DNA of 64,000 bases from Octopus vulgaris (taxonomy: Eukaryota). Position 1 is the stretch's first letter. Every line of letters starts with the position of its first letter. The stretch is from positions 26,226,001-26,290,000 of the forward strand of contig OX597825.1 of NCBI GenBank assembly GCA_951406725.2, in the 5' to 3' direction. The translations under genes and the position numbers were made by a program. A model generated the notes under the pieces. It was not told the origin of the DNA, did no database searches, and worked only from the letters and a program-made list of their open reading frames with translations. Of the stretch, positions 27,480 to 40,234 are shown piece by piece.

Positions 27480-28558
27480 TGGCAAGAAATTCATGGTAAG
27501 TATGCTCTTTATGAAACTTTGCTATCACAAATCTGCATTTGCTTATTTTATAAGTGACAATTCTGAAAGTAATTCTTTTAGGTAGCAACTGGCTTGAGTA
27601 CATGCTTTGTATTCCATAAATATGGCTAGTGGTGATAGAAGAAAATGCAAAAACAACCCCGAGGTGTTCTTCAATATTTGTGGGTGTTGCAGTTTACCTA
27701 GCAGGTGAAGCAAAATCACAAATTTTATGAGGAAAGCTTACCTTACTTACCTTGACATGGAACTTGGTGATAATGGCGAAGCTTGGGTACCCCATCTAAT
27801 GTATAAACTGAGTCCGTGACTGCTTCAAATACTTAAGTACCAAGTTTCCAGTTTTGTCCTGTGAGAAAATGAAGGTTGCTCTCTTTCACAAATTAGGTGG
27901 CCAATGCAAGACGCGCCATTTTTGGAAATCATGTCTGGAGTTGAAAAGGAAACATGGATTGCTTTGACTGCTGTTTTTTTCTGATTTTTTGAGAAACAGG
28001 AAATCATCGAATTATGAAATATTTGTGCAGATCCCGTTTACACCTATGTGGCAACCCGTTGCCACATGGTTATAAAAGTGCATTTCCTGCAGTCATCTGG
28101 ACTACTTCATTCCAAATCATACTGCAATAACTGATGGGCAAGGAGAAAGATGAAATCGAGACCATGCAGATTAGATATCGAGGTAGGTGGAACGTCTGCA
28201 TAATGGCTGACTACTGCTGGTCTTTGCAAAGCGACTGTCATGAAGTTTAACTCTCCAGGCAAAGCAGCAAAGAAAAAAATTCAGACCTTGTGTAGCTAAA
28301 ATCCCCAGTTTCTATCCTAAGATGTGTAATTAAACATTGCGTGTAATATATTTGTAAACATTGCGTGCAGTATATTTGTACCATTTCGTTAGTGTTATTT
28401 TCTTATTTAGGTATTGCATTTAATGACAAAATTTACATTTTTTGTTAAAAATATGAATTCATGTTTAACGAAAACCGTGACCTGATAGAAAATTTCTGAG
28501 AGCATTTCTGAACCCATCACCATCCAATTAGGTATGAGCAGTCGTAGAAAGCAAGGCA

Positions 28559-28616
<58 letters not shown>

Positions 28617-29370
28617 CGTAAAGTATACTAGCGATCTTAATATGGCTAACCACTAGGGGTTGGGTGTTACTGTAGCTTTTTAGCCCCGGGAGATAATCGT
28701 CTCCAGCTGGCTTTAAACACAATCCCCTAGTGGTTAGCCATATTAAGATGGCTAGTATACTTTACGTTGTCGAGCGCTTACTGTTTACATCTCGCGCAGA
28801 GAAAAACATTAAATAGATATTCGCAAACAGGTCTCTCTTATCGAAACCCGTGATTAGCGTGTGTTGACAAGAGACAATAATCTCGAAACTGCAGTCCATG
28901 CGCATCACTTAGGTTTTCGAAAGGGGATGACCTCCCTTTGCGAATATCATTAAAGAGCACAGGATTGTGTCTAAAGCCAGCTGGAGACGATGATCGCCTG
29001 GGGCTAAAAAGTAATAATATCTACAGTAACACCCCCACCCCTAGTGGTTAGCCATATTAAGATGGCTAGTATACTTTACGTTGTCGAGCGCTTACTGTTT
29101 ACATCTCGCTCAGATATTTATTATTGCTATATATATATATATCCTGAAAGTGTTCCCAAGTGTTATAGAATAAATAATAAAAGCAGCTGACCAACCCTAT
29201 TACTTCAAGTTAAACAATGCAATTGTGTTTATTCAGAGAATAGGCTGTAGAATAAAACCGTGACCTGATAGAAGAAAACTGACTGTAGTTTGGAAATCAG
29301 CATACCGGTTTTAGTCGCAATCACGAGACAAAGAAAACTCACTAAAAGTTACGTTGAGAATTGCTTCTGT
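27480..29370 (+). mobile_element. Decayed DNA transposon, CMC/Chapaev-3-like
   Basis: MASGDRRKCKNNPEVFFNICG; KAYLTYLDMELGDNGEAWVPH; IKVHFL; ITDGQGER; RYRGRWNVCIMADYCWSLQ (cf. SDEQGERFHQ...RYQGxW...MADYCWxL). The subterminal motif aaaaccgtgacctgatagaa occurs twice (about 28471 and 29254). Superfamily name is from recollection. Confidence 0.7.
28615..29114. repeat. Composite inverted plus direct repeat element nested in the DNA transposon
   Basis: 28615-28724 is the reverse complement of about 28963-29082. 28724-28800 equals 29038-29114 (77 bp, one mismatch). The block is flanked by (TA)n. Confidence 0.9.
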
Positions 29371-30476
29371 GTATTAGGAATATCTTTTTAAGGAAAATGA
29401 CATTTCGTGCCGAAGGAAATTATGATAATATCAAGCTAATAATGCCACTTGGCTTCAGTCATCATTTTGAAATATTATTTTATTTTCCTAAGCAATTTCT
29501 CTTCTTTAACACAGTATATAATTTAAATGTTATCCGGCATTAAATGCGATAGTTTATTACATATATGACTCCTTAAATAACATTCAGTATATGCTTATAA
29601 TTTGCAAGTGTTTTGTTGCGCTTAAACTGTAGCTTCCAGACAACTCATGCGATTTCCAGCATGGAAAACGGTTTCAATTACATAGCTGCCGTCAAATCAG
29701 GTAGATGCGTAGTTACTTAATTTAATGTCTGAATGATTTATTCAAAGCTACTTAGTTGATTCGTGATATATTTTCTTTCACAAAGAACAAGACGCTGAAC
29801 TGTATACATAATATGCCCTTACAAGCCTGTTTAGTAGGATAAGCTACGTTTTCACTCGCCTATCATAAAATATCAAGCAAATAATCCTTTTATCGAATAA
29901 TATTCTCTTAAAAGCAAAGATCTGTTTTGTAAGTTATATTCACAGCTCGAATGCCATTGATTATAGTTGTTTAAGCGAAGTCATCTGATTAAGGCAGATG
30001 GAGACTAAACAGCAGCAGCAGCAGCACCAACGACGGCAGTTCAGTAATAATATGTATCATTTTAATGTTATGCTTCTGCGTTTGATACTAACATGATTTG
30101 TATATCAAGTATAGTGAAATGTATCCCTTGATTAAAGCGACGTTGCATCATCAATAAAATGCTGGACGTCCAACGTAGTGTATGCAGTTATTAAATGAAT
30201 ATGAACGGTTTGCAAAGGAAAGAAGTTTGCCTATGAATACATAAACGATTTCAGGTAGAGGTTGCACTATGACATTTTATATGATTTTGACCTAAGATAT
30301 GACTCGTCCGTGCGCCTACGGGACTAAGCAAATATGACGAGAACAGTGACTAAACAAATATAACAACATCAATGACTTTATATGCATTTTGTGAAACTAT
30401 GTAAGTTATCAAACAAGCATTTAATTTAATATTTGTGTTTAGAAATTATCTATTGATTGGGGCATTATATATTGAA

Positions 30477-30862
30477 CGAGCAAAACGCCCCCCGTCCAAT
30501 GGACGGTGCTGAGTTGTCAAACATTTAAACTAAATTTTCTCAAAGCAACTTGTCCGACCGTCACATTTTTCGCTAATTATTTCAAGCCAGCCGGCTTTTT
30601 TTGCACAAAATGCACGTGCATTTTTTCTCGCGCACGCGTTGTATTGATCGCAACAGCTGATGTACTTGTACGTACAAATGCACGTTCCCACGGCTTTATC
30701 GATCACATTCTCACCTGGAATCGCTTTTTCTAATTTTTCTCAAGACTTATACACGCCCTGATACCGTCGGTATCTATATGTCAAATTTGAGCGCAATCGA
30801 ATGGAGAATGCCCGAGATCCTAGAAGACACACAGACAAAGAGAACAGATTTTATTTAATAGA
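30477..30862 (-). mobile_element. Non-autonomous Helitron (about 386 bp)
   Basis: Minus strand starts a|TCtattaaataaaat, has the subterminal palindrome ccgtccattggacgg about 14 nt from the end, and ends CTCG|t (CTRR-like) at an A|T site without TSD. Confidence 0.65.
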
Positions 30863-31520
30863 TTAGGAACTTCAAATTCTTGAACTGTTAACTTTCGAGT
30901 GGAATTTAGCGTCTTGTAGATTTTGATATCACACATTTCTAAATTTCATCTGTAAGGAGAAGGATGTATAATTTAAAATTTCTTGTGAAAAGCCCATCTC
31001 TTAATATCAGAGGACTAAGATATCAATTTAATCATTTTAAATTTGGTTGTTCATCCCATCTGATTCTATTACGGTTAACATATTTACAATAAACAAATAA
31101 TTGACATATGGGTAGAGATGCGTAATATTTGAGACTACATAAACAAAGAAATTGAAAGCTTCCGTCAATCATAAATATAAAAATCTTATCGCATTCCACA
31201 ACAAGAAAATGGAAAGAGAACAATTTCTTTATAAACATCATCGTACAATGCTCCTTCTGGAAATTCTAATCAACAATTATTCATGTTGTTAAAAAATTTT
31301 CTGAAATGACAGGTTGCGAAACCACATACTAAACTTACTTAGAACCGCATCGTTACCACTGGCATTTTTCTTCAAATCCAGAATGTTTCAAACTACAACA
31401 AATTTTGATACTCGCCAACGCAGGAGTTTTGTTTGCATATCGATGTCGATTTTGTTACTACAATGCTCCTAGATATTTGAGAACGTATGACATTCGATAT
31501 GACTGGTATAACTCTCTCTA

Positions 31521-31556
<36 letters not shown>

Positions 31557-32320
31557 ATGTCCCGACATCAGTTTCACAAGTTCGCTATCTGAATTTTTGT
31601 TTATCGATCGGAACTATTTTAAGGTCTGTTTCTGGCATCTCAATGATCTCAACCCACTACGCGTCAAGCATCTTTTTCACACCCATCTATCCTCCTTATA
31701 GAATTCACCTTGTTTTAAACTACCGGGTCTACGCACTACTCATTTCCTTGGGTCCCCCCTTCACAGAACTTTAACCCTCTGGATGTTCATGTTCTTTGTT
31801 CTTGAAACCTTAACGTCATAATTTCGTGTTCGTTCGTCTTCGCAATAACATATTTTTTCATGTTTGATCATTATTGTCAGTTATCTATGGTCCTCCTCCT
31901 CCTCCTCATCATCATCATCAAAACTACATCCACCACCGCCAGCACTACCTCCGCCACCACCTTCATTAGCATCAGATTTTTGGAACAATCCACAAAGACA
32001 CTACAGTCCATAGACATGATGTTCATTCCGCCGTTACTTCTCCTAATCACCGTTAGTCATCTTCACTATTACAATATCTCTATTGTTAACTGCATCATGT
32101 TCAAAATTTTTACTTCCTAATCCTCCCACATTTTCTCCTTTCAACAACTTAATCATTATCGTCACCGAGCACATTCTCAATCCACATCCTCATCAGTTTC
32201 TGTTCCATTTTTACTCTGTCCTCCACTTCGATATCCTCCTTATCTTCTATTTGTGTTTCTTTTCATATAAAGATGGCGGTAATTATTGTATGATTAATAT
32301 CATTCCTTTGTTTTCTATTT

Positions 32321-32360
32321 TCCTGCTGAAATTTTACGTTTAGACACGAAACGTCAGGAG
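32321..32360 (+). ncRNA. Decayed hammerhead-like motif
   Basis: tcCTGCTGAa...cacGAAACGTCaggag. GAAA-CG-TC and complementary tcct/agga flanks are present; stem II is poor. Confidence 0.35.
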
Positions 32361-32619
32361 AAGGATTGTCACCACGTGTGAATTGAATACAAATTTCCAA
32401 TTACGGCCACACTAATCCTATTAAGTAATTAAGCAATTTCATATAAAGTGACGTGCTGACTAAGCAAATAAAAGGCGAAAGCTTAGGCTACAACTCAGAT
32501 ATAATACAGATATTCCAGCGTAGATTTAATGTTGTGTGTTCGCTATTATTTCTTTACATAAAGTTCGATGTAAAAAAAAAAAACTGATTGTAACTTGAAA
32601 GATTAACAGTTTTGAGGAT

Positions 32620-32903
32620 ATGAAGATGATGATAATGATAATGACAAGGACGACGACCACGGTGATGATGATGATGATAACAGTGACGACAATGATGATG
32701 ATAACGATGATAATGAAGCTGATGTTGATGATGATTAACGACGATGATGACGAAGATGATGATGAAAATGATAATGATGATGACGACGATGCTGTCAGCA
32801 ATGATGATGATGATGGTAACGATAATGAAGATAACAATGATGGTGATGACGATGATGATGATGATGAAGATGAAGATGATGATGATGATAACGACGATGA
32901 TGT

Positions 32904-32955
<52 letters not shown>

Positions 32956-33040
32956 GATGATGATGATGATGATGGTGGTGGTGATGGTGATGATGATGGT
33001 GATGGTGATGATGCTGATGAGGATGGTGATGACGACGATA
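32620..33040. repeat. Degenerate (GAT)n microsatellite
   Basis: Visible directly. Source of the poly-D, poly-M and poly-I ORFs. Confidence 0.9.
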
Positions 33041-33552
33041 TTCGTTGGAGCTAGTAGTTGATTACATCGTCTACTTGACTGGTACACTATCTCATCACTC
33101 AAAAAGGATGACATGTAAAGTGCCCGCGGAGAGTATTGAATTGAGCTAGAACAAAGGCAACAACAACAACAGCAGCAACAATTCGTCTTGCCATAAGCAG
33201 AGGGCCAGGAATGTTTGATGAGGGAAGTTGTCGATTAAGTTGCTCGACTGGTAACCATGTTATACGCCCTGAAATGACGGAAGGCAAAGTCGACTTCGTC
33301 GGAGCAAAAAACAGCGAACATAAAACCAGAAGAAAAGCTGTTCAGTATCATATCTGACATTGTAACAATTCCCCGAGCTCACCGCCTCAATAATAAAAAT
33401 AGGGTTCTAAGCACATGAAAGATTGCTGAAAACATCTGGATTCCTAAGGATACAGGTAGTAACACGGTGCCCATATAGATCTTACCAGGAATAACATCGA
33501 ACGTGACGCAAACCACCATGAGGGTAAGATATGGAGTAAGCACGAAAAACAT

Positions 33553-34192
33553 ATTCTGTTGTGTTTGGGGATAGTCATTTACGTTTTGTGCCTTATGGAA
33601 GCACTCCGTCGGTTACGACGATGAGGGTTCCGGTTGATCCGACCAACGGAACAGCCTGCTCGTGAAATTAACGTGTAAGTGGCTGAGCACTCCACAGACA
33701 CGTGTACCCTTAACGTAGTTCTCGGGGATATTCAGCGTGACACTGAGAGTGACAAGGCCAGCCCTTTCAAATACAGGTACAACAGAAACAGGAAGTAAGA
33801 GTGAGAGAAAGTTGTGGTGAAAGAGTACAGCAGGGATCACCACCATCCCCTGCCGGGGCCTTGTGGAGCTTTAGGTGTTTTCGCTCAATAAACACTCACA
33901 ACGCCCGGTCTGGGAATCGAAACCGCGATCCTACGACCGCGAGTCCGCTGCCCTAACCACTGGGCCATTGCGCCTCCACTGTGTGTGTGTGCCTTATAAT
34001 GTAACACATTCACCGGTAAAATTTCCATTTATTTCTTAGTTTTATTTCCTAAAATTTTTGCTGCGTCTTGCAACCTTTTCAATAGTCTTACGAAAAACAA
34101 AAATAAGAAACAAGTGGAAATTTTCTCGGTGAATGTGATAAATTATAAGGCACAAAAAGGAAATGACTCTCCCCAGACACAACAGAATATGC
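33553..34192. repeat. Inverted-repeat element split by the SINE insertion
   Basis: atattctgttgtgtttgggga.agtcattt..ttttgtgccttat[SINE]aat..acattcaccg.taaaatttcca is the reverse complement of tggaaattttctcggtgaatgt..attataaggcacaaaa..aaatgactctcccca.acacaacagaatat. Confidence 0.8.
33597..33980 (-). mobile_element. Full-length tRNA-derived SINE (family A, tail 1) with TSD
   Basis: Reverse-complement head tggaggcgcaatggcccagtggttagggcagcggactcgcggtcgtaggatcgcggtttcgattcc. TSD tgtgccttat at 33587-33596 and 33988-33997. Confidence 0.9.
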
Positions 34193-34339
34193 TTCAACAC
34201 ACGAACTCATATAAAGAATCTTGCAAACCAAATCCAAAAACGAAACGTAAAAAAAATATACTACAACTAAATGGCTCTACCGCCTGAAGCAAAGAGCTTC
34301 TTTTCCCCTGCAAGAGGCTATCCATTTCCCAGAAGACAG

Positions 34340-34672
34340 TATCAGTTATATGAGTAAAAAGATATGCAATCGGAAAGCAGTAGGACCTGATGGTGTACAA
34401 GGAGTTTTGATAAACGGAAGTTCAGTATTTGCCATAAATTGATCGCAGAACAATGTAATGTATTTATCAATGGAGAAGTGGAAATCCCGGGATTGTTGAC
34501 AAAAAGGTCGAATAGTGTTTTGCTTGAGAGATGCATCAAAGAGAAATGTTGCTGACAATTACAGACCAATATCCTAGCAAAATGTGGAACCTCAAGAATA
34601 AATAATAAAGAAATTTTAAAAATAGTGCTCATGGCAACTGCCCATATCCTACATAAAATATTATCCATGTAA
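34340..34672 (+). mobile_element. R4/Dong-type LINE fragment (RT N-terminus fused to endonuclease C-terminus)
   Basis: RKAVGPDGVQG; ADNYRPIS; ILKIVLMATAHILHKILSM*. Confidence 0.75.
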
Positions 34673-34983
34673 TCCCCAAATATTTTAATCTGTAAACAGT
34701 GTTAAAATACTTTTAAATGTACATAACACCTTTTACTTTCATCTTAACATCAAACTATCATCTTATAATCAAATTACTTTTAAATAAACTTCTAATTTGC
34801 TTATGTTTCGACTGACATTCTCTAGAACAATATTCTGTGCAAAACCAAATATACGGCAACCTAGTCATAACACCAACTTCGTGTCAGCTTGTACAAATAC
34901 AAAAGCTAAACAAATAATAATAACAGTAATAGTAATAATAATAAAAAGTAATAATAATAGTAATAGTAATAATAGTATTACTA

Positions 34984-35039
<56 letters not shown>

Positions 35040-35128
35040 ATATTATTATTATTATTATTATTATTAAATATTATTATTAATAATAATAATAATGATGATG
35101 AGGACAATAAACATAATAATACTAATAC

Positions 35129-35178
<50 letters not shown>

Positions 35179-35179
35179 C

Positions 35180-35530
35180 AATTTTTGGGGACTTTCCGGT
35201 ACGTACAAAGCTAATGAACCACACTTTGTTGCAAACGACCAAAACAAAATCTGTTTATTAATTAACAAGAGCATACCTTGTGATCATAATATCTCGGCAA
35301 AAGAACTTCGTAGGCTCAGAAAATATAAAGATTTTGTGATTGAAATAATTGAAACAAGGTGTTATCTCAAGACGGTTACAATACCAGTGACTGTTGAAAC
35401 CCTTGGAATGATCAAAAAGGGAACTGAAAATAATCTGAGGATAATTCCTGGCTTACCATTCATGCGGGAAGTGCCAAAAGTTGTCATATCCGATACGTCA
35501 CACGCATTGAGAAGAGCAATATCACTGCTA
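35180..35530 (+). mobile_element. R4/Dong LINE 3' end (restriction-like endonuclease)
   Basis: DHNISAKELRRLRKYKDFVIEI...TIPVTVETLGMI...ISDTSHALRRAI (cf. KExEKxxKYxDLxxE...PxVxGALG...TAxILR). Confidence 0.8.
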
Positions 35531-35790
35531 ATTTTCTTTTCTTTCCCCTCCTATTTTCTTTGTTTTCGTCTTTCATTTTTCTAGTTTTTCCTTTTCTTCT
35601 GTCCTCCATTTTTCTGTCACGTGACATTGTAAATGAACAATATGATGTGTTTATTTTAATGGCCTACCAGTGATTTTCTTTGCCTTAGGTGTTCGAAAGT
35701 CACTTAGCAAGAAATGGGAAACAAATGTGAACGAGAATGATAAAAATGAATATCCAGTATTATATCGAAGAATTTCAGACAAAAATCATG

Positions 35791-35832
<42 letters not shown>

Positions 35833-35929
35833 GATTGTATGCGCTTCTGTGCGTATGCTTGTGTTTGTAATCAATGGGTTAAAGTGTTTTCATGAATGGC
35901 AAAATTTCATATATTTTTTTGCCATCTGC

Positions 35930-36190
35930 TTGGTTTTCAATTCACATGACTGTCCCAATCGACATAAATATATCTGTAAAAACCTACCAAAAACTGAGCA
36001 AATATGAAGATCTTGAAATAGAAACTGGCAAACTGTGGAACGTCTACACTAGAATAGAACCTGTTTTCATTGGTGCCCTAGAAACGACAGCAAAAATGAA
36101 TTATTGTTATGTATCTCATGTATTAAAAAATCAAGAGAATAGTACTCATGGGAGCAGCTCATATCCTACGAAAAATATTGTCTGTGTTTC
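35930..36190 (+). mobile_element. R4/Dong LINE 3' end (restriction-like endonuclease)
   Basis: IHMTVPIDINISVKTYQKLSKYEDLEIETGKLW...EPVFIGALET. Confidence 0.8.
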
Positions 36191-36479
36191 CAAAAACATT
36201 TTAATCTTTGAACGTTATCAAAAGTACTTTAAACGTACATAAGAACACACACATTTTACTGTAATCTGAAGTTCAAACTTTCATCTTATGAAATTAATAT
36301 TAAAACAACTTTTAATTTTCTTATGCTTTGGCACTCCTTCTCTGGAACAATACTCTGTGTAAAAATAAGAATATGGCACATTAGTCATAATACAAGCTTG
36401 ACCTTCTAACTTGTCGCTTAAGTTTTCTGGAAGAAACTTGGAGTCAACTTGTCCAAATACAAAGCAAAAGCCAAACATA

Positions 36480-36544
<65 letters not shown>

Positions 36545-36709
36545 ATGATAATATTAATGATAATATTAATGATAATATTAATGATAATAATAATAATGAT
36601 GAAGATGGTGATGATGTTGAAGATGATGATGATAGTGATGAAAATGAAGATGGTGGTGATGATGATCATGACGATGACGACGACAACAACAACAATAACA
36701 ACAACAACT

Positions 36710-36893
36710 GGAATGGAATGTCTGGTAGAGCTGATACAGAACGTTTGTCTCTTAGGGACATCAGGGATTATCAGCAGGGATTATTAGCAGGGATTATCAG
36801 ACTGCCGAACACTTTTGGATACCTAAATTTACAGGTAGTAACCCACACCCACATAAATCCTAACAATAATAGGACCGAATCTGAGCAAAGCAA
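36710..36893 (+). mobile_element. R4/Dong LINE extreme 3' end
   Basis: GMECLVELIQNVCLLGTSGII (cf. LQKxxLLGTAxILR), then a short UTR running into (AAT)n. Confidence 0.6.
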
Positions 36894-36930
<37 letters not shown>

Positions 36931-37136
36931 TAGTAATAATAATTATAATAATAATAATGATAATAGTAATAATAGTAATAATAACAGTAATAATAGTAAT
37001 AATAATAGTAATAATAATAATAATAACAACAACAATAATAATAATAATGACAATATTAATAATGATAATCATGATAATGATAATAATAATGATAATAATA
37101 ATAATAATGATGATAGTAATAATAATAATAATAATG

Positions 37137-37174
<38 letters not shown>

Positions 37175-37259
37175 AACAATAATAATAATAACAACAATAA
37201 TAATAATAATGACAATATTAATAATGATAATGATGATAATAATAATAATAATAATAATG

Positions 37260-37303
<44 letters not shown>

Positions 37304-37391
37304 AACAATAATAATAATAACAACAATAATAATAATAATGACAATATTAATAATGATAATGATGATAATAATAATAATAATAATAATAATG

Positions 37392-37423
<32 letters not shown>

Positions 37424-37484
37424 AACAATAATAATAATAACAACAATAATAATAATAATGACAATATTAATAATGATAATGATG

Positions 37485-37548
<64 letters not shown>

Positions 37549-37628
37549 TAATAATAGTAATAATAATAATATTAATAATAATGATAATAATAATAATAAT
37601 TAATAATAATAATAATGATAATAATAAT

Positions 37629-37659
<31 letters not shown>

Positions 37660-37678
37660 GATAATAATAATGATAATA
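36894..37678. repeat. Long (AAT)n array with higher-order repeat
   Basis: The variant block aacaaaaacaataataataataacaacaataataataataatgacaatattaataatgataatgatgat recurs three times, plus one partial copy. Confidence 0.9.
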
Positions 37679-37679
37679 G

Positions 37680-38345
37680 GAATGAGTGTCTCTGCTGCAC
37701 CGCATCTAATGTAGACTGGATGAAAACATTGCTCATATGAAGAACGAATGATCTACACTTGTCCAACACCACTACAAGTTGTGGTGACACGATCAGGTAG
37801 CGAAAGTGCTACATTGTAAACTGTGGGGGCTTGAGTGTGGCTACAGGGGGTATGAGCACAAATCGCAGTGAGTGGCGGAGTCGGAGAATATCAAAACCCT
37901 TTGGGATTTCCCAATCCAAACAGATCAGGCGCTACAGCATACAGATTGGACCTGGAGGTGGTGGGGAAGGTGCACCACATATGCTATGTACTTTATTTTG
38001 CATGTCCCTTTGACTCACGAATAGTCAAGAAGGAAGGCAAAAAGATAGACACAACCCTCTTAAGTACGACATAGCCCGGTTATGGAAAATGAAGAATGGG
38101 AAGATAGTGCAAATTTTTGTTGTGTCTTTCGAAACAGTATCAGGGGGTATCTAGAGGAATATATAGGAAATTGAAATAGACTGCCCAGTAGACCTGTTAC
38201 AAAAACTTTTCCTCCTTGGCACGGCCAGAATTATCAGAAAAATATGGGATACCTGAAAACAATGGACCGCGTAGTACCGTAGCCTGCAAGTATTAAGCCC
38301 GCTACGCATGCAAGACACTAGGAGCTCCAACAAAACCTGTGATAA
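37680..38345 (+). mobile_element. R4/Dong LINE fragment (zinc knuckle and endonuclease)
   Basis: RHDQVAKVLH; LWDFPIQTD; FACPFDSRIVKKEGKKI; LLQKLFLLGTARIIRK. Confidence 0.8.
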
Positions 38346-38357
38346 AAAGAAAATAAC

Positions 38358-38400
<43 letters not shown>

Positions 38401-38467
38401 GTAATAATAATAACAACAACAACAACAAAAATAATAATAATAATAATAATGATAATAATAATATTAT

Positions 38468-38901
38468 GATTCAGCGCGAGAATGAGATACAGAATAGGAA
38501 ACCAGACATATAGTCTTAATTGAGAAAGAAAGCAAACGATGTTGGATCATAGATATAGCATGCTCAGCTGACAACAAGGTATGCGATAAGGAAGAAAGAG
38601 AAGTCGATTGATATGACACTTTAGCTTCGGAGGGTAACCAGTTGTGTTCGCTGAAAAATTTGGTAGTAGTAACAAAATTTGTCGGCGCCCTAGGAACAGT
38701 GAGTAAAAATATTGAGAATTACATGGAACAAATAGTGGCTGCAATAACAGTGGAACACTTGCAGAAAACAGCAATGCTTGGAACCGCTCGAATAGTCCGG
38801 ATGGTGCTGGAAAAATAAAGGTTGTTACCTTAGTTCACTGGTAGTAAAGTAAATATCTGGCACCATAGTAAATCTCCAACGTTAGAAGCTGTGCAAAGAC
38901 G
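38468..38901 (+). mobile_element. R4/Dong LINE 3' end (restriction-like endonuclease)
   Basis: IQRENEIQNRKPDIVLIEKESKRCWIIDIACSADNKV (RPD-IV...ID core); GALGTVS; LQKTAMLGTARIVRMVLEK*. Ends in (AAT)n. Confidence 0.85.
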
Positions 38902-38994
<93 letters not shown>

Positions 38995-39027
38995 GTAATA
39001 ATATTGATGATAATAATAATAATAATC

Positions 39028-39060
<33 letters not shown>

Positions 39061-39337
39061 TTGATGATAATAATAATAATGATAATAATAATAATAATAA
39101 TAATAATTATTATAATAATAATAATTAATAATAATAATTAATTATTATTATTGTTATTATTATTATTGCTACTAAGGCAATATAAAATATATCGTTCCAA
39201 ATATTCTGCACCATAAGGTGAATATTTATATGTAAGATGACATATAAATATTAAGGGGTGTTACCTTAGTTCACTGGTAGTGAAGATCTGACACCTAGTA
39301 CATCTTCAACGTTAGAAGCTGTGCAAAGACGATAATA

Positions 39338-39404
<67 letters not shown>

Positions 39405-39620
39405 TGATGATGATGATAATAATGATGATGATGATGATAATAATAATTAAAAAAAAAAAAAAAATAATAATAATAATAATAATTATTATTATTATTATTA
39501 TTATTATCATGATTATTATTGTTATTATTATTATTGCTACTAAGGCAATATAAAATATTTCGTCCCAAATATTCTGCACTATAAGATGAATATTTATAAG
39601 TAAGATGATATATAAATATA
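38823..39620. repeat. Tandem duplication (about 430 and 360 bp units) of LINE 3' UTR, AAT tract and flank
   Basis: Both units run tgttaccttagttcactggtagt...aacgttagaagctgtgcaaagacgat(AAT)n...gctactaaggcaatataaaatat...gtaagatga.atataaatat. Confidence 0.9.
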
Positions 39621-40191
39621 AGTTGTTTGTTAATGGTATTATACGACATAGTGATAGATGCTTACTTTATTATTTTATGAGATGTACTTGTCTGGTAAAT
39701 GATTTTATCTTAGACTGCGGAAGACACTTATTAACCCCACCCCCGAAAAATAAAGAACACGCACGCTCAATATACTGTTAGCTTCACTCAAACATTTATT
39801 AATTTAAGCCAAAATGTTCGTCTCGTTTATTACCACATGACCGCTAATGCAGTTCATTTGCAAATGGTATGAGAGAAAACTATGAGCAGTACCTGTAGGC
39901 TTCGGAGTCTAAAGAGCCTTTAAATAAGTAATCTAGGTTGTCATTTATCTTGCTCTTTGTTAGCAATTCATGCAGCCTTTCTCTTTTCTGTCTGCTACCA
40001 TGGGCTTCTCCGGCATTGTGCAATATAACAAAACAGGAATAGTTAACTTCTAGGAATAGAATTTATCTGTCCATGACCCCAGAATAGAGACAATAGTAGG
40101 ATGGGTGACAGAAAATTGCACCACGGAATAGAAGTAGTAGATCAATCTGCAGCAGTAAACGTTAGAAGTAGATATTCTGCAGATACAGAAA

Positions 40192-40234
<43 letters not shown>

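Noticed and set aside
28615-29114. CRISPR-like repeat-spacer array
   Set aside because: Only two direct copies plus one inverted copy, with no regular spacers, in a eukaryotic context with no cas genes.
32526-33114. Poly-Asp / poly-Met / poly-Ile ORFs (possible acidic biomineral-type protein)
   Set aside because: Degenerate (GAT)n tract with no signal peptide, splice context or unique flanking coding sequence.
36957-37637. 226-aa Ile-rich ORF, the longest in the window
   Set aside because: It is the (AAT)n array read in a stop-free frame.
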